A stretch of 64,000 nt of DNA from Squalus acanthias (Eukaryota). This document shows positions 13,000 to 26,223 of the stretch, piece by piece. Numbering within the stretch: the stretch's first letter is position 1; every line of letters begins with the position of its first letter. The position numbers and the translations under genes are program-made. The stretch is from the NCBI GenBank assembly GCA_030390025.1, contig CM059432.1:56856001-56920000 (forward strand), read 5' to 3'. The notes beneath the pieces are model-generated. The model saw only the letters and a list, made by a program, of their open reading frames with translations. It made no database searches and was not told the origin of the DNA.

Positions 13000-14515
13000 T
13001 CAAGCACAAAGCTTCTGTGTGGGAGATTCTCTGAGTATACAGAGCGGGAGAGGCTGTGAGTATAAAGAGCGGAAGATTCTGTGAGTAAACAGCGTATTTG
13101 GTGAGTATTTCTCTTTTTTTCTCTAAACTTCGGCATTGGCTTAAATTAAGAGCTGTGATTATAGATTATAAACTATATATAGACAATTGAGTGATATTCC
13201 AAACCTTGAAAACCTAATTAGTTAAATAAAATACAATAGAAATGGCAGGGCAGGTGATGTGTTGCAGCTGTAGCATGTGGGAGCTGGAGGACCGACCAGT
13301 GTGATCCAGGCGACCACATCTGCAGTAAGTGTTGACAGCTCGAGGAACTTCGGCTCGGAGTTGATGAGCTGGAGTCCGAGCTTCAGACACTGCGATACAT
13401 CAGGGAGGGAGAAAGTTACCGGGATACTTTGTTCCAGGAGGCAGTCACACCCCTCAGGTTAAGTACTTCAAATCTGGTCCGTGGTCAGGGACAGGAGGGT
13501 GTGACTACAAGTGAGGCAGGTATGGGGATCCAGAAGGTAGCATTGGAGGAGCCTCAGCCATTGCACTTGTCCAACAGGTACGAGGTTCTTGCAGCCTGTG
13601 TGGACGAGAGCAGGGACTGCAGGGAGGATGAGCAAACTGACCACAGCACCGTGGCACAGGGGGCCATTCAAGTTGGGGGAGTAAAAAGAAATGTAGTAGT
13701 GGTCGGGGACAGTATAGTTAGGGGGATAAATACTGTTCTCTGCAGTCGAGAGCGTGAGTCCCGAAGGCTGTGTTGCTTGCCCGGTGCCAGGGTTAAGAAC
13801 ATCTCCTCGGGGCTGGAGAGGAACTTGGAGTGGGAGGGGAAAGATCCAGTTGTCGTGGTTCACGTAGGTACCAATGACATAGGTAGGACTAAGAAAGAGG
13901 TTCTGCTGAGGGAGTATGAGCAGTTAGGAGCCAAATTAAAAAAAAGCAGAACCACAAAGGTAATAATCTCTGGATTACTACCTGAGCCACGAGCAAATTG
14001 GCATAGGGTCAATAAGATCAGAGAAATGACTGTGTGGCTCAAAGATTGGTGTGGGAGAAATGGGTTTCGATTCATGGAGCAGGTTGGGCCTATACTCATT
14101 GGAGTTTAGAAGAATGAGAGGTGATCTTATTGAAACATACAAGATTCTGAAGGGGATTGACAGGGTAGATGCTGAGAGGATGTTTCCCCTCGTGGGGGAA
14201 TCTAGAACTAGGGGGCACAGTTTCAGGATAAGGGGTCTCCCATTTAAAACGGAGTTGAGGAGGAATTTCTTCTCTCAGAGGGTCGTGAATCTTTAGAATT
14301 CTCTACTTCAGAGAGCTGTGGAGGCGGAGTCATTGAATATATTCAAGGCGGAGATAGACATATACTTGAGTTACAGGGGAACCAAGGGTTATGTGGAGCG
14401 GGCAGGAAAGTGGCGTTGTGGCGAAGATCAGATTAGCCATGATCTTATTGAATGGCAGGGCAGGCTCGAGGGGCCGAATGGCCTACTCCTGCTCCTATTT
14501 CTTATGTTCTTATGT
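13000..14515 (+). mobile_element. CR1 5' UTR and ORF1 (zinc finger + SGNH esterase) joined directly to a CR1 3' end
   Basis: CCSCSMW..HICSKC, VVGDSIVRG, VHVGTNDIG, then an abrupt switch near 14078 to RLGLYSLEFRRMRGDLIE and a ttcttatg tail. Confidence 0.85.
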
Positions 14516-14594
14516 GTGAGATTTCCTGAATGATCAGGCTTTGGTTTCCTACCCATTAATATTAATTGGGAATATTTTTTGTTCAGCTGCATGA

Positions 14595-15485
14595 TTTACA
14601 AGGATGACACCAGAACCTAGAGGTTATAATTATCAGGAAAGATTGAACAGGCTAGGGCTTTTTTCTCTAGAAAAGAGAAAACTGAGAGGTGACCTAATCG
14701 AGGCCTTTAATATTATGAAAGGCTTTGATATGGTAGACGTAGAGAAGATGTTTCCACTTGTGGGGCGAGTCCAAACTAGGGGCCAGAAAAATAAGATAGA
14801 CACTAAGAAATCTAATAGGGAATTCAGGAGAAACTACTTTATCTAGAGAATGGTTAGAATGTGGAACTTTAAGTGGTTACGGCAAATATCATAGATGCCT
14901 TTAAGGGGAAGCTAGATATGTACATGAGGGCGAAAGGAATAGAAAGATAGGCTGATAGGGTTAGATGAAGTAAGGTGGGAGGGGGCTCGTGTGGAGTATA
15001 AACACTGGCATAGACCAAGTATCGGGTAGGGTAGCATAGTGGTTATGTTACTGGATGCTTAATCCAGACGCTTGGACTAATCCGGAGACATGAGTTCAAA
15101 TCCCAGCTGGGGAATTTAAAATTCAATTAAATAAATCTGGAATAAAAAGCTAGTATCAGTAATGGTAACCATAAAAGTACCAGATTGTCGTTTTAAAAAC
15201 CCATCTGGTTCACGAATGTCTTTTAGGGAAGGAAATCTGCTGTCCTTACCTGGTCTGGCCTATATGTGATTCCAGACCCACAGCAATGTGGTTGACTCTT
15301 AACTGTCCTCTGAACTGGCCTAGCAAGCCACTCAGTTGTGGCGGCTCACCACCACCTTCTCTAGGGCAATTAGGGATGGGCACTAAATGGTGGCCTTGCC
15401 GGCGATGCCCACATCCTGTTAACAAATAAATTTTAAAAAAAAAGTTAGGCTGAACGGCCTGTTTCTGTGCTGTAAGTTCTATGTA
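14595..15485 (+). mobile_element. CR1 3' fragment interrupted by a SINE
   Basis: RLGLFSLEKRKLRGDLIE; the tail resumes near 15446 after the SINE. Confidence 0.8.
15021..15443 (+). mobile_element. tRNA-headed SINE with body and tail shared with the single-ORF CR1-clade LINE
   Basis: A box tagcatagtgg, B box gagttcaaatcc; body matches 32646-32855(-); tail matches 26125-26223. Confidence 0.8.
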
Positions 15486-15542
15486 GACACAACCAATATT
15501 GAACTGGGGAAATGGGCAGTAGCTTGTCGAACATCTCACAGA

Positions 15543-15645
15543 CAATGTTCCCTTTAAGCAGCTGGCTCACCAGCTTTTAAATCCATGCGTGGTTTTTTGA
15601 ATGGGGGAGGCCACGCAGCCCCAAAAAAAATTAGAGGGAACATTG
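15543..15645. mobile_element. hAT-like MITE, 103 bp
   Basis: TIR CAATGTTCCCT / AGGGAACATTG; 8-bp TSD CTCACAGA/CTTACAGA. Confidence 0.8.
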
Positions 15646-15894
15646 CTTACAGACCAAGAAACCTCTTTGCACAGAGCTACTAGATTAAAAACAAAATGGA
15701 ACATTTTGAACATTCAACCACTTGATAAACCGGTTTACACCTCATCCAGGCCTTACATAGCCAATTAATGATTTCACTTGGCATAATCAGATGAGCACTG
15801 GAATGAGGTGGATTATGGATTTGGCAGTGGTAAGGGCGAGGCAGAGTCGGAAGATGCTGCAAAGGTGGATAAAAGAAGGTCTTGGCAATGTGAT

Positions 15895-17000
15895 GAGTTT
15901 ACGGACAAGTAGCAGAATGGATAGCTAGCTGGCTTCAAGACAGAAAGCAAAGAGTAGGGGTAAAGAGTAGATATTCAGAGTGGCAGAAGGTGGGAAGTGG
16001 TGTTCCACAAGGATCAGTGCTGGGATCACTTGTTCACAATTTACATTCACGATTTAGACTTTGGAATCAAAAACACAATTTCTAAATTTGCGGATTACAT
16101 CAAATTGGGGGGGATAGTCAATACTGAAGAGGACTGCAACAAATTACAGGAAGACATTAATAAACTTGCAAAGTGGGCATATAATTGGCAAATGAATTTC
16201 AACACCGATAAATGTGAGGTATTACATTTTGGTAGGAAGAATAGGGAGGTCACTTAATACTTGGAGGGTACGAGTTTGGGTGGGATAGAGGAGCAAAGGA
16301 ATCTCGGAGTACAAATACACAAATCACTAAAAGTAGCGACACAGGTTAACAAGGCCATAAAAAAAACAAGCATTAGGGTTTATTTCTAGAGGGATAGAAT
16401 TGAAAAGTAGTGAAGTTATGCTAAACCTGTAGCGAACCTTGGTTAGACCACACTTGGAGTACTGCGTACAATTCTGGTCGCCATATTATAAAAAAGATAT
16501 CGCGTCACAGAGAAGATTTACAAGGATGATTCCAGAAATCCGAGGGTATACATATCAGGAAAGGATGAACAGGCTGGGTCTCTTTTTCTCTTGAAAAATG
16601 AAGGCTGAGGGGTGACCTAATAGAGGTCTTTAAAATTGTGAAAGGCTTTGATAGAGTGGATACAGAGAGAATGTTTCCACTTGTGGGGAAGAGCATAACA
16701 AGAGGCCATCAATATAAGATAGTCACCAAGAAATCCAATGGGGAATTCAGAAGAAACTTCTTTACGCAAAAGAGTGGTGGGAATGTGGAACTCGCTACCA
16801 CAGGGAGTGGCTGAAGCGAATCATATAGATGCATTTCAGGGGCAGTTAGAGAAGCATATGAGGGAGAAGGGAATAGAGGGTTATGCTGACAGAGTTAGAT
16901 GAGGAAAGACTGGAGGAGGCTTGAGTGGAGCATAAACATGGCATGGACTGGTTGGGCCGAATGAGGCCTGTTTCTGTGCTGTATATCTTATGTAATGTAT
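15895..17000 (+). mobile_element. CR1 LINE 3' part, frameshifted
   Basis: [31 protein letters not shown]; atgta tail. Confidence 0.9.
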
Positions 17001-17089
17001 TTGCATGCTGAAGCTGACCTCAAACTTCTGGATGACATTGCCTGGGGAGTTAGAGTTAAGAGCAGGTGACCAAGAATGGCGACCTGGGT

Positions 17090-17470
17090 ACCATGTGGAC
17101 ATAGGAAGAGAAACAGTTGGATCAGATGCAATGTGTTCATTGAAATAGCTATGAGTGGAATCAAGAGAGAACAGTGACGTGGATGAGAGTGTGACCTTGG
17201 AGAGATGTTAAAGGACAATGGAGTGCTTGATTGTATCAAAGGCAGTAGAGAGGTGAAGAAGTGACAATGGGCCATGGTCACAGTTGTGAAGAACGTAATT
17301 TGTGATTTTGATCAGTGCAGCTCAGTGCTGTGTGGAAGGCAGATTGAAACAGAGATATGGGATCATGCCTGTGAAGCAATGATGGAAAATGGAGAGACAG
17401 AAGGTGTTTTTTTTTTGAGGAGGGGTAATGACAGGAGATAGAGATAGATTGATGTTGGCAAGCATGGGTC
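17090..17470 (-). mobile_element. Highly degenerate L2 RT fragment
   Basis: Antisense HSTE..LIKITN-like segment, similar to 50600-50900. Confidence 0.45.
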
Positions 17471-17881
17471 AGAGGAGGGAAAGTATACCACAGAATGCAA
17501 TCAGTTAGATACTCTTTATTATTTAATAACAGTTTTCACATTCCATCATTTACAGATTGTAAAAATTGTTAAATGAATTGCACTGTGTGCACATCCCCAT
17601 TGTGAAAATGCATCTAATGACTGAATTATGTGTTTTTTGGAGTGGTGGATTGTGCACATTAAACTTTTGGATATAAAATGAATATTCCTTATTCAACTAT
17701 TGATTTATCATAATGAGTAAGGGAGACATACACAAATTTACTAATGAATTACAGTGGCTCCCCTCAGATAAATTCCATATTTAGTGGCTGACTAAACATA
17801 GTGTATATATATTTTGTAAGCTAACTTTTGTTTTTCTTTCCTTGTCTTTAATGTCTTTATTCGCCATTGCTTTGCCATAAG

Positions 17882-17946
17882 ATGCCTCCTGGTCTTAAGT
17901 CAATATTGCTCTGTATATAGTTACTTCAAGATGTGTACAACCTGGG
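17882..17946 (+). CDS. Candidate coding exon (CLLVLSQYCSVYSYFKMCTTW)
   Basis: Branch point CTAAC at 17821, long AG-free pyrimidine tract, AG at 17880-17881, gtaatt donor; only the phase-2 frame is open, matching 8948-9066. Confidence 0.35.
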
Positions 17947-18275
17947 GTAATTGACCTTCTGATAGTACTTTTTGTCCCCCTGGAGAAGTGCATGATCTCT
18001 GCTTTGTTCTGTTCTTACATGGTTGAGATCAGAAACTCGTCACATAGTAAATCGTGATTCTTAATTCTTAAAGCAATGCTTCTTAATTTGGGAAAAGTGC
18101 AAAAGTGATTCTGGAATATTAAGTGCTAAATATATAACTATAGACTGTGTTCTATACAGCAGTCAAGAGTAACAGAACCCGAATCAAAGTTTCAAATGTA
18201 ACTTGGTATGATATAAGTTCTACGGATATTGTGAAATTTAATAATTTATTTTCATCTATGAAGATGCATATTACA

Positions 18276-19062
18276 TTTTTTGAATTCATTCATAGGGTAT
18301 GGGCATCGCTAGCAAGGCCAGCATTTATTGCCCATCGCTAGTTGCCCTTGAGAAGGTCATGTTGAGCTACCTTCTTGAACCGCTGCAGTCTGTAGTGATA
18401 TTAGGTAGGGAGTGGTCACAGTGCTATTAGGTAGGGAGTTCCAGGATTTTGACCCAGTGACAATGAATGAAACGGTGATATATGTCCACATCAGGACGGT
18501 GTGTGACTTGCAGGGGAACTTTGAAGTAATGGGGTTCCCATGCACCTGCTGCACTTGTTTTTTCTAGGTGGTCGAGGTCGTGTGGTTGGGAGGTGCCGTC
18601 TAAGAAGCCTTGACGAGTTGCTGCAGGGTATCCTATAAGTAGTACACACTGCAGCCACGTTGGAGGGAATCTATGTTTAAGGTGGTAGATGGACTGCTTT
18701 GTCCTGGATGGTGTCAAGCTTCTTGGTGGTAGAGAAGCTTTGCGTGTCAGGAGGTGAGACACTCGCCAAGGAATACCCAGCCTTTATGTGGCTGGTCCAG
18801 TTGAGTTTCTGGTCAATAATGACCTCCAGGTTGTTGATGGTGGGGATTCCACGATGGTAGTGCCATTGAATGTCAAGGGGAGGTGGTTAGAATCTCTCTT
18901 GTTGGAGATGGTCACTGCCTGGCACTTGTGTGACGCAAATGTTATTTGTCACTTGTGCGCTCAAGCCTGGATGTTGTCCAGGTCTTGCTGCATGCGGACA
19001 TGGATTACTTCATTATTTGAGGTATTGCGAATGGAACTGAACATTGCAATCATCAGCGAACG
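18276..19062 (-). mobile_element. Single-ORF CR1-clade LINE, 3' fragment
   Basis: Antisense homology to 25320-26223 including the tail. Confidence 0.85.
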
Positions 19063-19126
19063 TGTTCATGATCAAGCATGCATCATGAAGAATGACAGAT
19101 ATTTAGAAAATGGCAATTCCTATTTA

Positions 19127-20730
19127 AGAATATAAGAATTAGGAGCAGGAGTAGGCCATACAGCCCCTCGAGCCTGCTTGCCATTCAATAAGATCATGGC
19201 TGATCTTCGACCTCAACTCCACTTTCCTGCCTTATCCCCATATCCCTTGGTTCCTCCAGAGTCCAAAAATCTATCTATCTCAGCCTTGAATATACTCAAT
19301 GACTGAGCATTCACAGGCCTTTGGGGCAGAGAATTCCAAAGATTCACAACCCTCTGAGTGAAGGAATTCCTCCTCATCTCGGTCTTAAAAGGCCGATCCC
19401 TTATCCTGAGACTCTGTTCCCTAGTTCTGGACTCTCCAGCCAGGGGAAACAATCTACCCTGTCATTCTCCCTAAGAATCTTATGTTTCAATGAGATCACC
19501 TCTCATTCTTCTAAACTCCAGAGTGTATAGGCCCAATCTACTCAATCTCTCCTCATAGGACAACCCTCTCATCCCAGGAATCAATCTAGTGAACCTTCGT
19601 TGCAAGTATATCCTTCCTTAGATAAGGAGACCAAAACTGTGCACAGTATTCCAGGTGTGGTCTCACCAAAGCCTTGTACAATTGTAGCAAGACGTCCTTA
19701 CTCTTGTACTCAAACTCCCTTGCAATAAATGCCAACATGCCATTTCCTTCCTAACTGCTTGCTGTACCTGCATGCTAACTCTCTGTGTTTCTTGTACTAG
19801 GACACCTAAATCTCTCTGAACATCAACATTTATTAGTTTCTCACCATTTAAAAAATATTCTGTTTTTCTATTCTTCCTACCAAGGTGAATAACCTCACAT
19901 TTTCCCACATTATACTCTATCTGCCACCTTATTGCCCACTCATGTAACCTGTCTTTATCCCTTTGCAGGCTCTTTGTGTCCTCCTCACAGCTTACTTTCC
20001 CACCTAGCTTTGTATCAACAGCAAATTTAGACACATTACACTCGGTCCCTTCACCTAAGTCATTAATATAGATTGTAAATAGCGGAGACTCGAGCACTGA
20101 TCTTTGCGGCACCCCACTGTTTGTCAGGATCAGGATACAGCCTGTCAATCTGAAATGACCCGTTTATTCCTACTTTCTGTTTTCTGTCTGTTAACCAATC
20201 CCCTATCCATGCTAATACATTACCCCCAACCCCATGTGCCCTTATCTTGCGTAAGGGCACATGGTGTTGGGGGTACCACCTTTTATGTGGTACCTTATCA
20301 AATGCCTTTTGAAAATCCAAATATACTACATCCACTGGTTCCTCTTTAACTACCCTGCTGGTTACATCCTCAAAAAACTCTAATAAATTCGTCAAACACT
20401 ATTTCCCTTTCATAACACCAAGTTTACTCTGCCTAATCATATTATGATATTTTAAGTGCCTTGTTACCACTTCCTTAATAATGGATTCCAGCATTTTCCT
20501 GACAACAGATATCAGGCTAACTGGCCTGTAGTTCCCTGTTTTCTCTCTCCTTCCTTTCTTAAATAGCGGGGTTACATTTTCTACCTTCCAATCTGCTGGG
20601 ATTGTTCCAGAATCTAGGGAATTTTGGAAGGTGACAACCAATGCGTCCACTATCTCTGCAGCCACTTCTTTTAGAATCCTAGGATGTAGGTCATCAGGTC
20701 CAGGGGAGTTATCGACTTTTAGTCCCATAA
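19127..20730 (-). mobile_element. CR1 LINE RT and 3' end
   Basis: SPGPDDLHPRILKE, NYRPVSL, YLDFQKAFDKVPH, SKFAVDTKLGG; taagaa tail. Confidence 0.93.
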
Positions 20731-21449
20731 ATTTGTAATTTATCAATTGAATTGAGATAATGTTGAAATTTTCAATGTGCTTCAGATGCAATGAAGATCT
20801 TTTGAAGTACAATAACAGTTCTTGTGTGTGCAATTTGTTGGTTATCAAGATGAAAGCTGGACAATGGAATTTCAGTAGCAGTATCAAGCATCCCCAGGTA
20901 CTATTTAGATCTGTTACAAATTGCAGTTGAATCAGAGTTGAAAATTATAACAGTATAAGGGTGAAATTGCTCTTCGGCGGTAGCACAAAGCAGGCTATAA
21001 TGAATTGACAGCTTGCTTTACACCACGTCTGATTTTTCTTTAGCATTGACATTAATGGAAAAGAAAATTGGGTGGGATAAAACAGGCTGCCAATGGCTGA
21101 ATTGTTCCATCATGAACGTGAAGTTAATGATGGAGCAATACAAATGGATCAAGAGTGGGCTTTTTAAGAATGAAGAGTGATGGTGGTTTTGAAAGGTAGA
21201 GACACAGTGCTTGAATAAAGTGAGCAATTAACAAATATCAGTGACCATTGAGCTGAGGAGGGGATCAAAGAGGCATGAGGTAGGTCTCCTAGAAGAGACT
21301 GTGCACATAGTCTCAATTCTTATGATTAAGTTCTGACGAGTCTTACTATTAAGTCCTGAGATTTATTGGTAGAGGTGAGGGGAAGGGGGTTTAAGGAGAC
21401 AATTTGCCATAGAGAAAAGGAGTCTTGGGTTGTCCTTAACCTCCAGGAT

Positions 21450-21823
21450 TTTTTTTATTCATTCACAGGATGTGGGCGTCGCTCGCATCCTTAATTGCCT
21501 TTGAGAAGGTGGTGGCGGTGAGCTGCCTTCTTGACAACTGAGTGGCTTGCTAGGCCATTTCAGAGGGGCAATTAAGGGTCAACCACATTGCTGTGGGTCT
21601 GGAGTCACATATAGACCAGACCAGGTAAGGACGGCAGGTTTCCTTCCCTAAAGGACATGAGTGAAGCAGATGGGTTTTTACGACAATCCGGTAGTTTCAT
21701 GGTCACTAGCTTTTTATTCCAAATTAACTGAATTTAAACTGGGATTTGAACTCATGTCTGCGGATAATTAGTCCAGGCCTCTGGATTACTAGTCCAGTAA
21801 CATAACCACGATGCCACCGTTCC
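21450..21823 (-). mobile_element. Second copy of the tRNA-headed SINE at 15021-15443
   Basis: Reverse-complement homology across head, body and tail; A-tail. Confidence 0.8.
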
Positions 21824-22389
21824 CATAATAATCCTGGTCGGATCCCCTATCATAGTGTCTTTTATTTTTCTTCCATTTTCTATTTGTAATCTCTTGTGAT
21901 GTATAGCTTGTTGAATCTTGAATTGCAGTGGTTCGACACAGTAGTCACAGTTTTTTTAATATTCGTTAGATTTTTAAATCAAGTGCCTAAAGTATTTGTG
22001 TAGTCAAGCAGCTTTTTTTTATATAACTAGCTGACAGCCTGAAAATGCTGTATTTATAGTCTTGTGTTGTTAAATTGCTGGTTGTCATGGGAGACTACAA
22101 TGCACTGGCTCACATCTCGTGTGCACAAGACTGCATTTGGGTAGCAAAATAGAGCTGCACTTCTAATATTTAGGGGATATTATGCTGTTATGTCCGGTCA
22201 CTTTCAAATTGAATACGTGAATGTGCTTGTTATGTGGTGAGATGTGTTTGAAAATACAAATAATCATTTTACCTTATTAGTTTGTAGTCAAATATGTATA
22301 ATGAAAAGCAGTTTGACAGTTTAAAAAAATTATAGAGGCGAGGGCATGAATGCTTCTAGCACTCAGCCGAATGCTATGATCTATCCATC

Positions 22390-25300
22390 TAATGCCCCAG
22401 ACTTTAATGTCTATCCATCTTTAATGTCCGAGACTCCTCCATCACCAACGTCCAGACTCCTCTATCACCATTCCTGAGTATGTCCTGTCCCACCAGCAGG
22501 ACAGACCCACCAGAGATGGCAGTACAGTCGTATACAGTCGGGAGGGAGTGATCCTAGGAGTCCTCAACATTGACTCCGGACCTCGTGAAGTCTCATGGCT
22601 TCAGGTCAAGCATGGGCAAGGAAACCTCCTGCAGATTACGACCTATCGCCTTTCCTCAGCTGATGAATCAGTATGCCTCCATGTTGAACACCATTTGGAA
22701 GAAGCACTGAGGGTAGCAAGGGCACAGAATGTACTCTGGGTGGGGAACTTCAATATCCATCACCAAGAGTGGCTCGGTAGCACCACTACTGACCGAGCTA
22801 CCGAGTCCTGAAAGACATAGCTGCCAGATTGGGCCTGCGGCAGGTGGTGAGAGAACAATCACGAGGGAAAAACTTAGTTGACCTCGTCCTCACCAGTCTA
22901 CCTGTCACAGATGCATCTGTTCATGACAGAATTGGTAGCAGTGACCACCACACAGTCCTTCTGGAGACGAAGTCCCATCTTCACACTGAGGACACCCTCC
23001 ATGCTGTTGTGTGGCACGAGCACAATGCTAAATGGGATAGATTCAGAACAGATCTAGCAGCTCAAAACTGGGCATCCATGAGGCGCTGTGGGCCATCAGC
23101 AGCAGCAAAACTGTATTCCACCACAATCTGTAACCTCATGGCCTGGCATATCCCTCACTCTACCATTACCATCAAGCCAGTGGACCAACCCTGGTTCATG
23201 AGGAATGCAGAAGAGCATGCCAGGAGCAGCACCAGGCATACCTAAAAATGAGGTGCCAACCTGGGGAAGTTGCAACACAGGACTACATGCATGCTAAACA
23301 GCGGAAGCAGCATGCTATAGACAGAGCTAAGCGACCCCGCAATCAGCGGATCAGATCAAAGCTCTGCAGTCCTGCCACATCCAGTGGTGGTAGACAATTG
23401 AACAACTAACGGGAGGAGAAAGCTCCATGAATATCACCATCCTTAATGGTGGCGGAGCCCAGCACGCAAGTGCAAGACAAGGCTGAAGCATTTTCCACCA
23501 TCTTCAGCCAGAAGTTCCTAGTCGATGATCCATATCCCCACCATCACAGAAGCCAGTCTTCAGCCAATTCGATTCACTCCACGTGATATCAAGAAACAGC
23601 TGAGCGCACTGGATGCAGCAAAGACTATGGGCCCCGACAACATCCCGGCTGTCATGCTCAAGACTTGTGCTCCAGAACTAGCCGCGCCTCTGGCCAAGCT
23701 GTTTCAGCACAGCTACAACATTGGCATCTACCCGACAATGTGGAAAACTGCCCAGGTATGTCCTGTCCACAAAAAGCAGGACAAATCCAATCCGACCAAT
23801 TACCACCTCATCAGTCTACTCTCAATCATCAGCAAAGTGATGGAAGGTGTTGTCGACACTGTTATCAAGCGGTACTTACTCACCAACAAGCTTCTCATCG
23901 ATGCTCAGTTTGGGTTCTGCCAGGACCACTCAGCTCCAGACCTCATTACGGCCTTGATCCAAACATGGACAAAGGAGCTGAATTCCAGAGGTGAGGTGAG
24001 AGTGACTGCCCTTGACGACAACAACAACTTGTATTTATATAGCGCCTTTAACATAGTAAAACGTCCCAAGGCGCTGCACAGGAGTATTTTAAGACAAAAA
24101 ATTTGACACCGAGCCACATAAGGATAAATTAGGGCAGATGACCAAAAGCTTGGTCAAAGAGGTAGGTTTTAAGGAGCATCTTAAAGGAGGAAAGAGAGGT
24201 AGTGAGACGGCGAGGTTTAGGCAGGGAATTCCAGAGCTTCGGGCCTAGGCAACAGAAGGCACGGCCACCAAAGGTTGAGCGATTATAATCAGGGATGCTC
24301 AAGAGGGCAGAATTAGAGGAGAGCAGATATCTTGGGTGTATGGGGTGGGGGGGGGGGGGTGGGGGCGGGGTTGTGGGGCTGAAGGAGATTACAGAGATAG
24401 GAAGGGGCGAGACCATGGAGGGATTTGAAATCAAGGATGAGAATTTTGAAATCGAGGCACTGCTTAACCTGGAGCCAATGTAGGTCAGCGAGCACAGGGG
24501 AGATGGGCGAATGGGACTTGGTGCCAGTTAGGACATGGGTAGCCGAGTTTTGGATGACCTCAGGTTTACGTAGGGTGGAATGTGGGAGTCAAGTCTAGTG
24601 GTAACAAAGGCATGGATGAGAGTTTCAGCAGCGGATGAGCTGAGGTAAGGGTGGAGACGGGCGATGTTATGGAGGTGGAGGTAGACGGTCTTTGTTATGC
24701 TGCGGATATGTGGTCGGAAGCTCATTTCAGGGTCAAATATGACACCAAGGTTTCGAACAGTGTGGTTCAGCCTCAGATAGATGTCAGGGAGATAGATGGA
24801 GTCAGTGGCTAGGGAATGGAGTTTGTGGTGGGGACCAAAAACAATGGCTTCGGTCTTCCCAATATTTAATTGGAGAAAATTTTTGCTCATCCAGAACTGT
24901 ATGTCGGACAAGCAGTCTGACAGTTTAGAGACCGTGGAGGGGTCGAGAGAAGAGGTAGTGAGGTAGAGCTGGGTGTCGTCAGCGTACATGTGGAAACTGA
25001 CGCTGTGTTTTCGGATGATGTTGCCAAGGGGCAACATGTAAATGAGAAATAGGAGGGGGCCAAGGATACATCAAGGCAGCATTTGACCAAGTGCGGCATC
25101 AAGGAGCCCTGGTAAAATTGAAGTCAGTGGGAATCAAGGGGAAAACTCTCCACTGGCTGGAGTCATGCCTAGCACAAAGAAAGATGGTTGTGGTTGTTGG
25201 AGGTCAATCATCTAAGCCCAAGGACATCGCTGCGGGAGTTCCTCAGGACAGTGTCTTAAGCCCAACCATCTTCAGCTGCTTCATTAATGACCTTCCCACA

Positions 25301-26223
25301 AGGTCAGAAGTGAGGATGTTCACTGATGAATGCACAGTGTTCAGTTCTATTCGCAACGCCTCAGATAATGAAGCGTCCATGCCCGCCTGCAGCAAGACCT
25401 GGTCGACATTCAGGCTTGGGCTGATAAGTGGCAAGTACCATTCGCGCCACACAAATGCCAGGCAATGTCTATCTCCAACAAGCGAGAGTCTAACCATCGC
25501 CCCTTGACATTCAATGGCATTACCATCGCTGAATCCCCCACCATCAACATCCTGGGGGTAAGCATTGACCACTAACTTAACTGGACCAGCCACATAAGTA
25601 CTGTGGCGACAAGAGAATGTCAGAGGCTGGGTATTCTGCGGCGAGTGTCTCACCTCCTTACTCCCCAAAGCCTTTCCACCATCTACAAGGCACAAGTCAG
25701 GAGTGTGATGGAATACTCTTCACTTGCCTGAGTGAGTGCTGCTCCAACAACAGATGGAAGCTTGACACCATCCAGGACAAAGCAGCCCGCTTGATTGGCA
25801 CCCCATCCACCACCTTAAAGATTCACTCCCTGCACCACCGGCGTACTGTGGCTGCAGTGTGTACCCTCTACAATATGCTCTGCAGCAACTTGCCAAAGGC
25901 TTCTTCCGCAACACCTCCTAAACCCGCGACCTCTACCACCTAGAAGGACAAGGGCAGCAGGCGCATGCGAACACCATCACCTGCAAGTTCCCCTCCAAGT
26001 CACATACCATCCTGACTTGGAAATATATTGTCATTCCTTCATTGTTGCTGGGTCAAAACCCTGGTACTCCCTCCCTAACAGCACTGTGGGAGTACCTTCA
26101 CCACAAGGACTGCAGCGGTTCAAGGCAGTGGCTCACCACCACCTTCTCGAGGGCAATTAGAGATGGGCAATAAATGCTGGCCTTGCCAGTGACGCCCACA
26201 TCCCAGGAACGAATAAAAAAAAA
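22390..26223 (+). mobile_element. Single-ORF CR1-clade LINE (APE + RT), frameshifted, interrupted by L2
   Basis: LWVGNFNIHH, IGSSDH, GPDNIP..LKTCAPELAAPL, AGVPQDSVL; tail gcccacatccc..aataaaaaa. Confidence 0.9.
24017..25067 (-). mobile_element. L2 LINE, 5'-truncated, nested in a LINE
   Basis: FHMYADDTQLY, LQLNIGKTE, GRAFCCLGPKLWNSLP; tail ggcgctatataaatacaag(ttg)n; host ALD/IKAAF resumes on the other side. Confidence 0.93.

Noticed and set aside
24342..24376. G-rich tract as a functional G-quadruplex
   Set aside because: Slippage expansion inside an L2 copy; no evidence of function
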